The notes under the pieces: generated by a model | What the model was told of the DNA's origin: nothing | The model's database searches: none | Seen by the model: the letters and a program-made list of their open reading frames with translations, nothing else | Translations under genes and position numbers: made by a program | In this document: positions 11,374 to 18,895 of the stretch, piece by piece | How the letters are laid out: each line of letters begins with the position of its first letter | Position numbering within the stretch: position 1 is the stretch's first letter | Assembly: GCA_031367385.1 (NCBI GenBank) | Contig: JANLPS010000120.1 | Coordinates: forward strand, 1-18,895 | DNA from: Archangium sp. | Lineage (GTDB): Bacteria > Myxococcota > Myxococcia > Myxococcales > Myxococcaceae | DNA length: 18,895 nt | Direction of reading: 5' to 3'

Positions 11374-11788
11374 AGGTTTGAACGCGGGGGTTGCGAAGGT
11401 TGTCCCAGTACGTGACTTTCACTTCGATGTAGCGGGATTGAGCGGGTACCCCAACGCTGGTCAGCGAATAGGTGGTCTCGTACAACAAGATGCCAGCGTC
11501 GTCGGTGTAGCGCCCTCCGTCGAACGTGAAACCGCCTCCGTCGACCGTGCCGAATGGGATGGTCGCCAGCGACGCGTAGCCCTGCGATGCCAAGCGCTCG
11601 AGCGTGCTCACGCCGACCTCGGAGGCCTCGGTCTTGCGAGAGGCCATGCGGCTCGAGAACACCGACTCGTTGAGCATCGCGGCGATGGCCGTCATACCAA
11701 TCGCCAGCAGCGCGCCAGCGATCATCACCTCGATCAGGCTCGACCCGCGCAACCGCCGAAGCAAGCGCTCGAAGCGGCTACTGAACAT
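11342..11788 (-). CDS. PilV-like type IV minor pilin
   Basis: RRLRG|SSLIEVMIAGALLAIG prepilin site, TEASEVGVSTLERL helix and C-terminal IEVKVTY strand; small size typical of PilV. Confidence 0.8.
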   Translation of the reverse strand: MFSSRFERLLRRLRGSSLIEVMIAGALLAIGMTAIAAMLNESVFSSRMASRKTEASEVGVSTLERLASQGYASLATIPFGTVDGGGFTFDGGRYTDDAGILLYETTYSLTSVGVPAQSRYIEVKVTYWDNLRNPRVQTYGTVVSNPNP

Positions 11789-12371
11789 AGACGTCTCCCG
11801 AGGCGTTTAAGATCACCACGCGCGAGTACACCTCGGTCGACTTGGCCTTGATCGTCAGCTGCTGAGCCCCGGTGCCGCGGTTGGTGGTCGTGCCCCCGGT
11901 CTCAGACACCGTCAGTGGCGTGCCATCGGCCAAGAACGCCACCATCACGCTCTGGGGCTCGAGGTCTGCCACCGAGCCGGCGATGACGTTCATGTTGGCC
12001 GTGAGCTGGTAGCTGTTGACCACCACGTCGTACGGCAAGACCGTCGTGTTCTGCGCAGCAGTACCGATCGCCACGGTGCACCCCGCCTTGCGATACATCG
12101 TCAGGCTCCGTGCCGGCGAGCTGCCCGAGTACGACTGCCCATTGTAGCGCACCACGTGCGGGCACCCGGTCGAGACCGCACGCAGCCGTGCATTCTTGAA
12201 AAACGTGGAGATCACGTCGGCTTCTCCGTTGGTGCGCGCGTTCATCATCACTGACTGGTACCCGACCACCGACAAGGTGGTCAGCACCGCGGTGATGGCG
12301 ACCACCACCATGATTTCAATCAAGGTGAAGCCCCGAGTGGGGCCCCCCTTGAATGCATTCATCGATTTCAA
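11778..12371 (-). CDS. FimU/FimT-like type IV minor pilin
   Basis: TRG|FTLIEIMVVVAI prepilin site; ARLRAV, VAFLADG and RVVILNASG match FimT/GspH patterns. TTG start overlaps the pilY1 stop with GGAGG 8 nt upstream; alternative ATG at 12362. Confidence 0.83.
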   Translation of the reverse strand: MKSMNAFKGGPTRGFTLIEIMVVVAITAVLTTLSVVGYQSVMMNARTNGEADVISTFFKNARLRAVSTGCPHVVRYNGQSYSGSSPARSLTMYRKAGCTVAIGTAAQNTTVLPYDVVVNSYQLTANMNVIAGSVADLEPQSVMVAFLADGTPLTVSETGGTTTNRGTGAQQLTIKAKSTEVYSRVVILNASGDVYVQ

Positions 12372-15300
12372 CGCACTCGCCTCCAGCCTTGAACACGACC
12401 GCCGAACCCGACCGGTTGCGCTTCGACGCGCTTCACGTCGCCGCGGCCGTCAGCATAGTAGAGCCCGCCGTTGACGACGATGGGGTCTGAAATCGCCCCG
12501 ACGCCGGTCAGCTTGACCACCGCCTTGAAGGTCGCGGGGGCGATGTTCGGATCGCGAAGGGTCTGCCGCGGCACACCCGTGCGTGGGTCGAAGGCGTAGA
12601 GATACGAGTCACCCAGCTGGTTACAGGTGCCGCCCAGCGGAGGCGCATAGGTGGCAATCACCACCGAGCCACCGACCAGCACGGGCTCGCCCAAGACTTT
12701 TTCGCCCGGGTCAAACATGTAGACGAACGAGGTCTGGCCGGTCTGGCTGGGCCCGCCCATGAACACGCCGGGGGCGAAGCCCTTGTCGTGCACCGCGAAG
12801 AAGAAGTCACGCGAGCCCGTGTTGTCGAGTGCTTGGGCGTCGCCGGTGCCGAAGAACACGTCAGGCTTGTTGAGCGAGGTGTCGGTCGCGAAGGCCACGC
12901 GCGGGCGGCCGAAGATCGGGCGCCTGGTGCCCAGGGCCGAGCAGTTGGCCGGAGGCGCCGCACTGACCGGGAGCGGGTTGAATGTGCCGCCCGTACCCAG
13001 CTTCATTCGGCAGCCGGTGTCGTACCGTTGACCACCCGTGAAGCCGGTCTCGTCGGCCTTGGCCACGTACCAGACCGGGCCGTTGGTGCCCTGCGTGTCG
13101 ACGCCTTGCGAGGTCGGGTCCCACCCAGAATACCAGATGCGGGCATCCCAGTTGGCTGACGAGCTCGTGTCCCACGTGCGCTGGGCCCAGATTTCGCCCT
13201 GCTCGTTGCCGTAGAAGGCGGTCTCGACGTCGATCTTGCCGGTGCGCTTGAAGGTCGCCGGGCGGGCCACGAAGTTCGAGCAATCACCCGCACCCGTGTA
13301 CTTGGTGGGGAAGCTGCCGAGGTCGGGGCGACCGGTCTGCATGTCGAGAATGTAAATGCCATCGCCCTCGTCATCGACGCCTGCGTCGACGCCGACCATG
13401 CTCTGGCAGCGGCCACCACCGGCGAAGGCCACCCAGCGAGAGATGCCGTTCTTCTTCACGCGGCCGATGGTCGGGGTGCTGTAGGTCAGACCCAGGTCGT
13501 CGTCGCTGCCGGCCGGGCTGTCATCGAACCGGTCGTCGTAGCGCCACAGCGCCGTGGGGAAACCGGCGTCGGTGATGTCGAAGGCGAAGTACTCGGAGTC
13601 TTTCTGAGTACCGCCACCGCTGACCGATTGACCACCGCCACGCAGCGAGCCGATGGCGACGGTTCTCCAGTCAGACGCGGTGCAGTCGCGGGCGTCGGTG
13701 CCGCTCGAGGGCCAGCACACGTCGGCCACCGCGGTGGTGCCGTCGACCAGCAACTGCGGGCCGGTGCGCGTGGCGGGCAGCTGCTTGACGATTGACGACG
13801 GCACGATGCCCCAGGCTTCGGTGCCGTTCGGGCAGAGGTTGTTCGTCTCATCGGTGCTGGTGCAGTTGGTGTTGAGCGACCGGTCGACGATGCCGTGCAA
13901 GAAGCCGTCTTCAGAGCCGATCAACACGCGGGTCTCGCGGCCCGTCCAGTACCCCTTGAATGCGGTGTACGAGGCCACCGCGGGCTCGCCTGACAACCCG
14001 GCGTAGGTCGACGTGGTGAAGACCGGGCTGCCCACCGCCACCGGGTTCGAGAAGACGAAGGCGCCCGCGCGGGTGATGCGCGGTATCACGATCGGCGTGT
14101 ACGCCTCGCCGCCCGCGATGTTGGTGCCCAGGCCGTCGTTGCGCACGAACCGAATGGTCTTCTGCGCCTCGAGCGTGGGTACGCCCATAGCGCCTTCGAG
14201 CGCGGTGACACCCACCGCGAAGTTCACCATGTTGAACGCGCCACCATCGAGGGGCAGCTGGGCCTTCAAGTTGCGCGAGCTGGCCGCCTGCGCATCGAGC
14301 TTGGGCCTGAACTCCCACTTCGAGGTCAAAAAGCCTGACACGTCGATGGCGAAGGCCTCGACGTTGCCGCGCCACTCGGGCGTACCGGCGTCGAGGGTCG
14401 TGCCGCTGACGCCGCGGTCGAAGTAGGCCTGGTAAATGCGCGAGCCGTCGCTGGTCAGCGTCGGGCGGCTGCGGGCGAAGCGACCCTGGGTGATGCTCGA
14501 GAAGACGATGCCGAGCACGTTCGAGAGCTCTGCCTCGTTGGTCGCGCTCAACGCCGAGCCGTTGGTCAAGTCATAGATGACGTTGCCGCCAGAGATGACG
14601 ATGGCCGTCTGACCCGCGCGGGCGATGGTGTCGAGGCTGTTCGCGCCGCCGTCGGCCGCGGCCAACCCTGCCCCGAAGCCAATCACGAAGGTCTTCACCG
14701 TCTTGGTGCGCGCGCCCGCCGTCAGGTTGGTCAAGCTCGTGACCGTGCTCTGAATCTGGGTCTGCGTGTAGTTGGCCGGCGTCGACTCGAGACCGTCGGT
14801 CACCAGCACCACGTAGTAGTCGCGGCACGAGTAGTCGCTGTTGTCGTTGGCCAGCTCGTTGGCCAGGTAGGCGCGGGCGTTGGCCAGTGAGCCATTGAGC
14901 GGCGTGAAGTCGGTCAAGCCGGCGTCTTGGGCCTGGCAGGGCGAGATGCCGCCGGGGCCGCAGTTGTCGACGTCGACCATGCAGAAGCCGCCGGTCATCG
15001 GGCTGGTCATGTCAGTGGGGCGAACGCAGGTCGACAACGCGGTCTTGATCGCCGTGATGTTGTTGCTGCCGTAGTCCATCGGCACGAAGATCTGGGCCAC
15101 GCCGCCGTCGTTGTAGAGGCTCCACCCGCTGTACTTCTGGGCCTGGTTCGTCCACAGGTCGGCGTAGGGCAGCGTCGCGGGCGCCGAAGCGTTGACGCGC
15201 GTCGGCTCGTACCAATCTGAGATCAACCGGTACGCCGGCACGCCGTTGGTGCCCACGCCGCGGCACCAGTCAGGCGGCAAGCTCGTGCCCGCGGTCATCG

Positions 15301-18100
15301 CCGGAGTCGGCATCCAATTGGTGACTGAGGGAGTGACCACCGCGCCACCGTCGGTGTCGGGGGTCTGGCACCGCACCCAGGTGTTGTTCTGGGTCTCGTA
15401 GTTGCCCGGTATGGCCAACGGGTCGGCGTACTGCAGACGGCCGAGCGGGTAATTGCCCGCCACGCCCGCGTCGTACCCGCTGCGCCACCGCAGCCGGCAG
15501 ATCTTGCCGCCCACGCCACATGAGAGCCTGGGCTCGACACCGGCCGGGTAGTTGCTCGCGTTGCTGCTGTCGATGATCGGCGGGCAGCTTTGCGTGGTCG
15601 CGTCGTCGTACTCGTCGTACCGAGACGTGGGCAGGTTGCAGTAGTTGCGCGACAGCATCGTCGCCGACTGGGGTATGAAGAGCGAGCCCAGGTACTCACC
15701 ACCGCGCGAGGCCCAGCGGTAGAGGTACTGCAGCGGCGTCGTGCCCGCGTAGGTGTACTGCATCGCGGTCGAGCGGCAATAGTTATACGGGTCGTAGTAG
15801 TTGTACTGCGACCGGGTGATCTCGTACTTGCAGGTGATCTTGTCGTCCTTGCAGGTCGGGGCCGTCACCGTCCACTGCTTGACCTTGTACTGGCAGCTCG
15901 GCGTCACGTAGTCGTACTTCTTGACCGCGTAGGCGCAGTACCCGTACGGCGTCGCCGAGTAGCGCTGCATCGTCGCGTTGTAGGTGCAGTAGCGATTCTG
16001 GGTGCTGTCTGACCCGGCGGAGCACGGCACGACCGCGCTGGTCGAGATGCTGGTGCACACATCAGCCGCATAGGTCAGGTCGCACGGCCGCGAGGTCGAG
16101 CACGCCGGCACCGAGCCGAGCACCTGGCCGCCATCGAGCGTGACGGTGGGCGGGCACGTCGAGCCCGTCTTCTCGAGCGTATACGTCGTGTAGGGCACGT
16201 AGTTGACGGTGCTGCTGCCAACGTATTGGTAGACCGGGTTGCCCGAGCCCACCGCGCCGCCGTCGACCGCGTAGGGCGCGATGCCCGCCGAGTACCAGAA
16301 CTGGTCACCTGGCGCGGCACCGCCACCATCGACGCCCAACGAGCTGACCACCTGGCACGGCTTGCTCGCCGTGCAGGGGCCACCCGAAGTGAGGTCGGCC
16401 GTCGGGCACGCTCCCGCGTAGCCGGTGCGGGCCACGTACACGACGAGGTTGGTCGGAGAGCCCGAGGCCAAGACCATCGTGCCGGCGTCGCCGTACGGCA
16501 CGTAGACCGGAGAGCCCGGGTCGGTAATCGGCGTACCCGCGCTGCCCGAGCGGTAGTCACAGACGTTGGTGGTCGCGTTACACCCGATGCTGCCCAAGCC
16601 ACTGGTGCGGCCGAAGAGCAGGGTATCGCTCGAGGTGCTGGTGTCACCGCAGCTTGAAGGCGCGTACACCGCCGGCACTGTGCCGGTGAGGTCGGTACCC
16701 GCGACGTAGTTGACGGTCTGCGAGCCGACCGACGGGTTCGAGCAAACCGAGGTGAACGAGCCAGGGCTCGTGGCGGTGTATTTGGTAGCGGTGGGCCAAG
16801 TGAGCGTCCACGAGCCGGCGACCATCGAGGGCGTCGCGCCGACATAGGTCAACCGGCAGCCGACGTTGAGCGTGGCGGTGCCGACGGCGATCGCTCCACA
16901 GTTGGCGCCGCTGCCCGAGTAGCCAGCGGTCGAGGTCATCACCCGCGAGCTGCCCACCGTCGAGGTGGTGCCATCGGGCCAGGTGCAGGCACCGGCGTCG
17001 CGCGTGTAGCTGTAGGTAAAGGTGCTGCCATACGAGGCGAAGGTGAAGGGGCCCGTCATGCCGGCGCCGCCGTCGAGCGGGGTGCCGGCGTCGGTGTAGA
17101 CGATCGCAATGCTGGTCTCGCTGGGGGGACCCAGCTGGGTGTCGGTGGTGACGTTGATTTCGCAGGCCGCCAAACCGACGCCGCACGAGCTGGTGAAGCC
17201 GGTGGTGGCCGCGTACGTCGAGGTCCCCGAGTTGTATTGCAGCGGCGCGTAGTTCGAGACCAGCTTGGCGGCGGGCACCGTACCGCCCTGGTACGTGCCG
17301 CCCGACGCGTTGCTGTAATAGTAGTAGCCGGCGGTGCAGGCGACGCCCTTGGGCGCCCTCACCCACATGTTGCTGGTCGCCGCCGAGGCCGCGCCACCAC
17401 CGTAGATGGGCGTCGTGAGGCCCGCCACGTAGTTGTTCGCGAGGCCGCAGTTCGGGTCAGAAATCGACCAGGCGCCGGCGTCAGGCAGTGAGCGGTACGA
17501 AGTGCAGGTGATCGGGTTACCGCCGTCGGTGCCGATGAAGGTGTAGTTGTATCGGTTCTCAGGGCGGTCGACGCAGAACGCGTCATTGCCCGGAGGCCGC
17601 ACCGCGGGGAAACCGGTGGTGGGCCAGGTGTTGCTCGGCGAACCGAACGAGGTGTTGATGCCCGGGCCCGCCAGAATGTCGTACACGCAGGCCGTCGAGC
17701 CCACCGGTTGCTGCCACTGGGTGCGGTACTGGTAGTAGCTCGACATGCCCATCTGAATCGAGTCTTGGTACGTCGGCATCGTGTTGTAGAGCACCCGCTT
17801 GGCGACGCAGAAACGGCTGTCGCAGCCACCGTCCCACCCGGCGGTGTTCGGCCCGAAGTCGTCGAACGCGTAGTTCTTGGCGCGACCCGGCAAGTTGGGG
17901 AACGAGGGGGTGTTCGCGATGTCGGTGCCCGGCAGGTGTCGCATCGACGTCGAGGTGTCGAAGATGATCAACACTTTCGGAGGCACACCTCCACCGACAC
18001 CGGGAATCGTGTTCGCCTGCGCTGATGCGGTGCCCGAAACCAGCATGAGGGCTGCGACAAAAGCGCTGAAGGTGGGTGATGTGGTCGAACGGCCGTTCAT
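12368..18100 (-). CDS. pilY1: Giant PilY1/PilC-family type IV pilus tip adhesin (~1910 aa): signal peptide, split vWA domain with large Cys-rich insert, C-terminal beta-propeller
   Basis: Sec signal ending ASA|QA; MIDAS DTSTS; TPLNGSL and VLVTDG; propeller motifs VLIGSEDGFLHGI, GTEAWGIVP, VDGTTAVADV, WRTVAIGSLRGGG, YFAFDIT, LGLTYSTP, VFFGTG and terminal GWR. Start moved from 18199 to ATG 18100 (GGGAG 7 nt upstream, signal peptide follows). Confidence 0.88.
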   Translation of the reverse strand: MNGRSTTSPTFSAFVAALMLVSGTASAQANTIPGVGGGVPPKVLIIFDTSTSMRHLPGTDIANTPSFPNLPGRAKNYAFDDFGPNTAGWDGGCDSRFCVAKRVLYNTMPTYQDSIQMGMSSYYQYRTQWQQPVGSTACVYDILAGPGINTSFGSPSNTWPTTGFPAVRPPGNDAFCVDRPENRYNYTFIGTDGGNPITCTSYRSLPDAGAWSISDPNCGLANNYVAGLTTPIYGGGAASAATSNMWVRAPKGVACTAGYYYYSNASGGTYQGGTVPAAKLVSNYAPLQYNSGTSTYAATTGFTSSCGVGLAACEINVTTDTQLGPPSETSIAIVYTDAGTPLDGGAGMTGPFTFASYGSTFTYSYTRDAGACTWPDGTTSTVGSSRVMTSTAGYSGSGANCGAIAVGTATLNVGCRLTYVGATPSMVAGSWTLTWPTATKYTATSPGSFTSVCSNPSVGSQTVNYVAGTDLTGTVPAVYAPSSCGDTSTSSDTLLFGRTSGLGSIGCNATTNVCDYRSGSAGTPITDPGSPVYVPYGDAGTMVLASGSPTNLVVYVARTGYAGACPTADLTSGGPCTASKPCQVVSSLGVDGGGAAPGDQFWYSAGIAPYAVDGGAVGSGNPVYQYVGSSTVNYVPYTTYTLEKTGSTCPPTVTLDGGQVLGSVPACSTSRPCDLTYAADVCTSISTSAVVPCSAGSDSTQNRYCTYNATMQRYSATPYGYCAYAVKKYDYVTPSCQYKVKQWTVTAPTCKDDKITCKYEITRSQYNYYDPYNYCRSTAMQYTYAGTTPLQYLYRWASRGGEYLGSLFIPQSATMLSRNYCNLPTSRYDEYDDATTQSCPPIIDSSNASNYPAGVEPRLSCGVGGKICRLRWRSGYDAGVAGNYPLGRLQYADPLAIPGNYETQNNTWVRCQTPDTDGGAVVTPSVTNWMPTPAMTAGTSLPPDWCRGVGTNGVPAYRLISDWYEPTRVNASAPATLPYADLWTNQAQKYSGWSLYNDGGVAQIFVPMDYGSNNITAIKTALSTCVRPTDMTSPMTGGFCMVDVDNCGPGGISPCQAQDAGLTDFTPLNGSLANARAYLANELANDNSDYSCRDYYVVLVTDGLESTPANYTQTQIQSTVTSLTNLTAGARTKTVKTFVIGFGAGLAAADGGANSLDTIARAGQTAIVISGGNVIYDLTNGSALSATNEAELSNVLGIVFSSITQGRFARSRPTLTSDGSRIYQAYFDRGVSGTTLDAGTPEWRGNVEAFAIDVSGFLTSKWEFRPKLDAQAASSRNLKAQLPLDGGAFNMVNFAVGVTALEGAMGVPTLEAQKTIRFVRNDGLGTNIAGGEAYTPIVIPRITRAGAFVFSNPVAVGSPVFTTSTYAGLSGEPAVASYTAFKGYWTGRETRVLIGSEDGFLHGIVDRSLNTNCTSTDETNNLCPNGTEAWGIVPSSIVKQLPATRTGPQLLVDGTTAVADVCWPSSGTDARDCTASDWRTVAIGSLRGGGQSVSGGGTQKDSEYFAFDITDAGFPTALWRYDDRFDDSPAGSDDDLGLTYSTPTIGRVKKNGISRWVAFAGGGRCQSMVGVDAGVDDEGDGIYILDMQTGRPDLGSFPTKYTGAGDCSNFVARPATFKRTGKIDVETAFYGNEQGEIWAQRTWDTSSSANWDARIWYSGWDPTSQGVDTQGTNGPVWYVAKADETGFTGGQRYDTGCRMKLGTGGTFNPLPVSAAPPANCSALGTRRPIFGRPRVAFATDTSLNKPDVFFGTGDAQALDNTGSRDFFFAVHDKGFAPGVFMGGPSQTGQTSFVYMFDPGEKVLGEPVLVGGSVVIATYAPPLGGTCNQLGDSYLYAFDPRTGVPRQTLRDPNIAPATFKAVVKLTGVGAISDPIVVNGGLYYADGRGDVKRVEAQPVGFGGRVQGWRRVR
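15740..15990 (-). repeat. Degenerate protein-level repeats C-x-Y-x(4-5)-aromatic within PilY1
   Basis: YCTYNATMQRY, YCAYAVKKYDY, SCQYKVKQWTV, (TCKDDK), TCKYEITRSQY, YCRSTAMQYTY occur back to back. Confidence 0.6.
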
Positions 18101-18138
18101 TGAAAGACTCCCGTGGGGTACCCGCGAGCTTTGGTCGA

Positions 18139-18156
18139 TAGCAAAGCCGAGACCAG
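18139..18156 (-). promoter_or_regulatory. Candidate sigma-54 (-24/-12) promoter of the pilY1-minor pilin operon
   Basis: Minus strand CTGGTCTCGGCTTTGCTA: GG-N10-GC spacing with a good TTGCT -12 box and an imperfect -24 box (TGGTCT vs TGGCAC). Predicted +1 near 18129, ~29 nt before ATG 18100. Confidence 0.55.
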
Positions 18157-18271
18157 AGCGGTCAGCTGGGGCTTGCGGTGAGGAGTGGAGCGCGCGCAAC
18201 TAATTTCAGGCTCGCACGCTGCGATCAGACCGCAAGTTTTCTGGAGTCAATGAAGGGCGTTGTACGTCAGG

Positions 18272-18895
18272 TCAGTGCTGTGCCCACTGGTCGAGCCAGC
18301 CCAAGACGGTCTCGTGCCAGAGAACGCTGTTGGCCGGCTTGAGCACCCAATGATTCTCATCGGGAAAGTAGAGGAGCTTGCTCGGCACGTTTCGGCGCTG
18401 CAGCACCGTGAAGACCGACAGACCCTGGGTGTCGACCACCCGGTAGTCTTTCGCGCTGTGTATGACCAGCATCGGCACCCTCCATTTTTCGACGTGGTCG
18501 ATGGGGTTGTGCTTGGCGTACGAGGCTTTGTTCTCCCACGGGGTGCCGCGGTGCTCCCATTCTGCGAACCAGAGCTCCTCGGTGTCATAGTAGGCCATCG
18601 CCTCGTCGAGGTTGCCGTCGTGGCTGACCAGGCACTTCCACGGGTCTGGCCAGACGCCGGCCATCCAGTTGACCATGTAGCCGCCGTAGCTGCCGCCCAG
18701 CGCGCACATGCGGTTCTTGTCGATAAAGGGGTACTTGGAGAGGCCCGCGGCGAGGCCCTTCTGCAGATCTTCGAACGGCTTGCCGCCCCAGTCGCCATGA
18801 ATCGCCGCGGTGAAAGCCTGGCCGTAGCCAGTCGACCCGTGAAAATCGACCATGATCGCGACGTAGCCGTGGGCCGCGTAGGTCTGCGGGTTCCA
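18272..18895 (-). CDS. S9-family serine peptidase (prolyl oligopeptidase / dipeptidyl peptidase-like), C-terminal part; 5' end outside window
   Basis: Frame stays open to the window edge (WNPQTYAAHGYVAIM...). GSTGYG, GGSYGG (Ser), KDYRV (Asp) and DENHW (His) give the Ser-Asp-His triad in S9 order. Confidence 0.93.
   Translation of the reverse strand, partial: WNPQTYAAHGYVAIMVDFHGSTGYGQAFTAAIHGDWGGKPFEDLQKGLAAGLSKYPFIDKNRMCALGGSYGGYMVNWMAGVWPDPWKCLVSHDGNLDEAMAYYDTEELWFAEWEHRGTPWENKASYAKHNPIDHVEKWRVPMLVIHSAKDYRVVDTQGLSVFTVLQRRNVPSKLLYFPDENHWVLKPANSVLWHETVLGWLDQWAQH

Noticed and set aside
12437..12445. RGD tripeptide near the PilY1 C-terminus
   Set aside because: It lies in a propeller strand-turn (YYADGRGDV), not at the position of the P. 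aeruginosa integrin-binding RGD, and a single copy in 1900 aa is unremarkable.
15095..17730. The PilY1 insert as an intein or mobile element
   Set aside because: No Hint-domain motifs (N-terminal C/S block, terminal HN), endonuclease, transposase or terminal repeats; the composition is that of an extracellular beta-protein.
18101..18199. ORF-track N-terminal extension of PilY1
   Set aside because: It would bury the signal peptide; the RBS and candidate promoter support ATG 18100.

Overview
GC-rich bacterial DNA, most likely from a myxobacterium (Myxococcota; inferred from the REC/DUF4388 regulator, zinc-ribbon rhomboid and minor-pilin cluster). Left to right: a 3'-truncated ABC1/UbiB kinase missed by the ORF track, a zinc-ribbon rhomboid protease and a tandem REC-DUF4388 response regulator (all minus strand); a divergent soluble histidine kinase / GGDEF diguanylate cyclase pair; a divergent-type K+-independent membrane pyrophosphatase with terminator; RNase Z; a minus-strand type IV pilus tip operon (pilY1-like, fimU-, pilV-, pilW-, pilX-like) behind a candidate sigma-54 promoter; and a 5'-truncated S9 peptidase. 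The most interesting signals are in the pilus tip operon. (1) The ~1910-aa PilY1 has a vWA domain split by an ~880-aa insert whose cysteines are arranged in mirror order, suggesting a nested ('Russian-doll') disulfide-stapled stalk. (2) A D-[A/G]-G tripeptide is strongly enriched in PilY1, PilW and PilV (27 copies by manual count versus 2 in the non-pilus proteins), possibly an unrecognised surface-protein modification or turn motif. Both interpretations are inferences that need structure prediction, database searches and proteomics.
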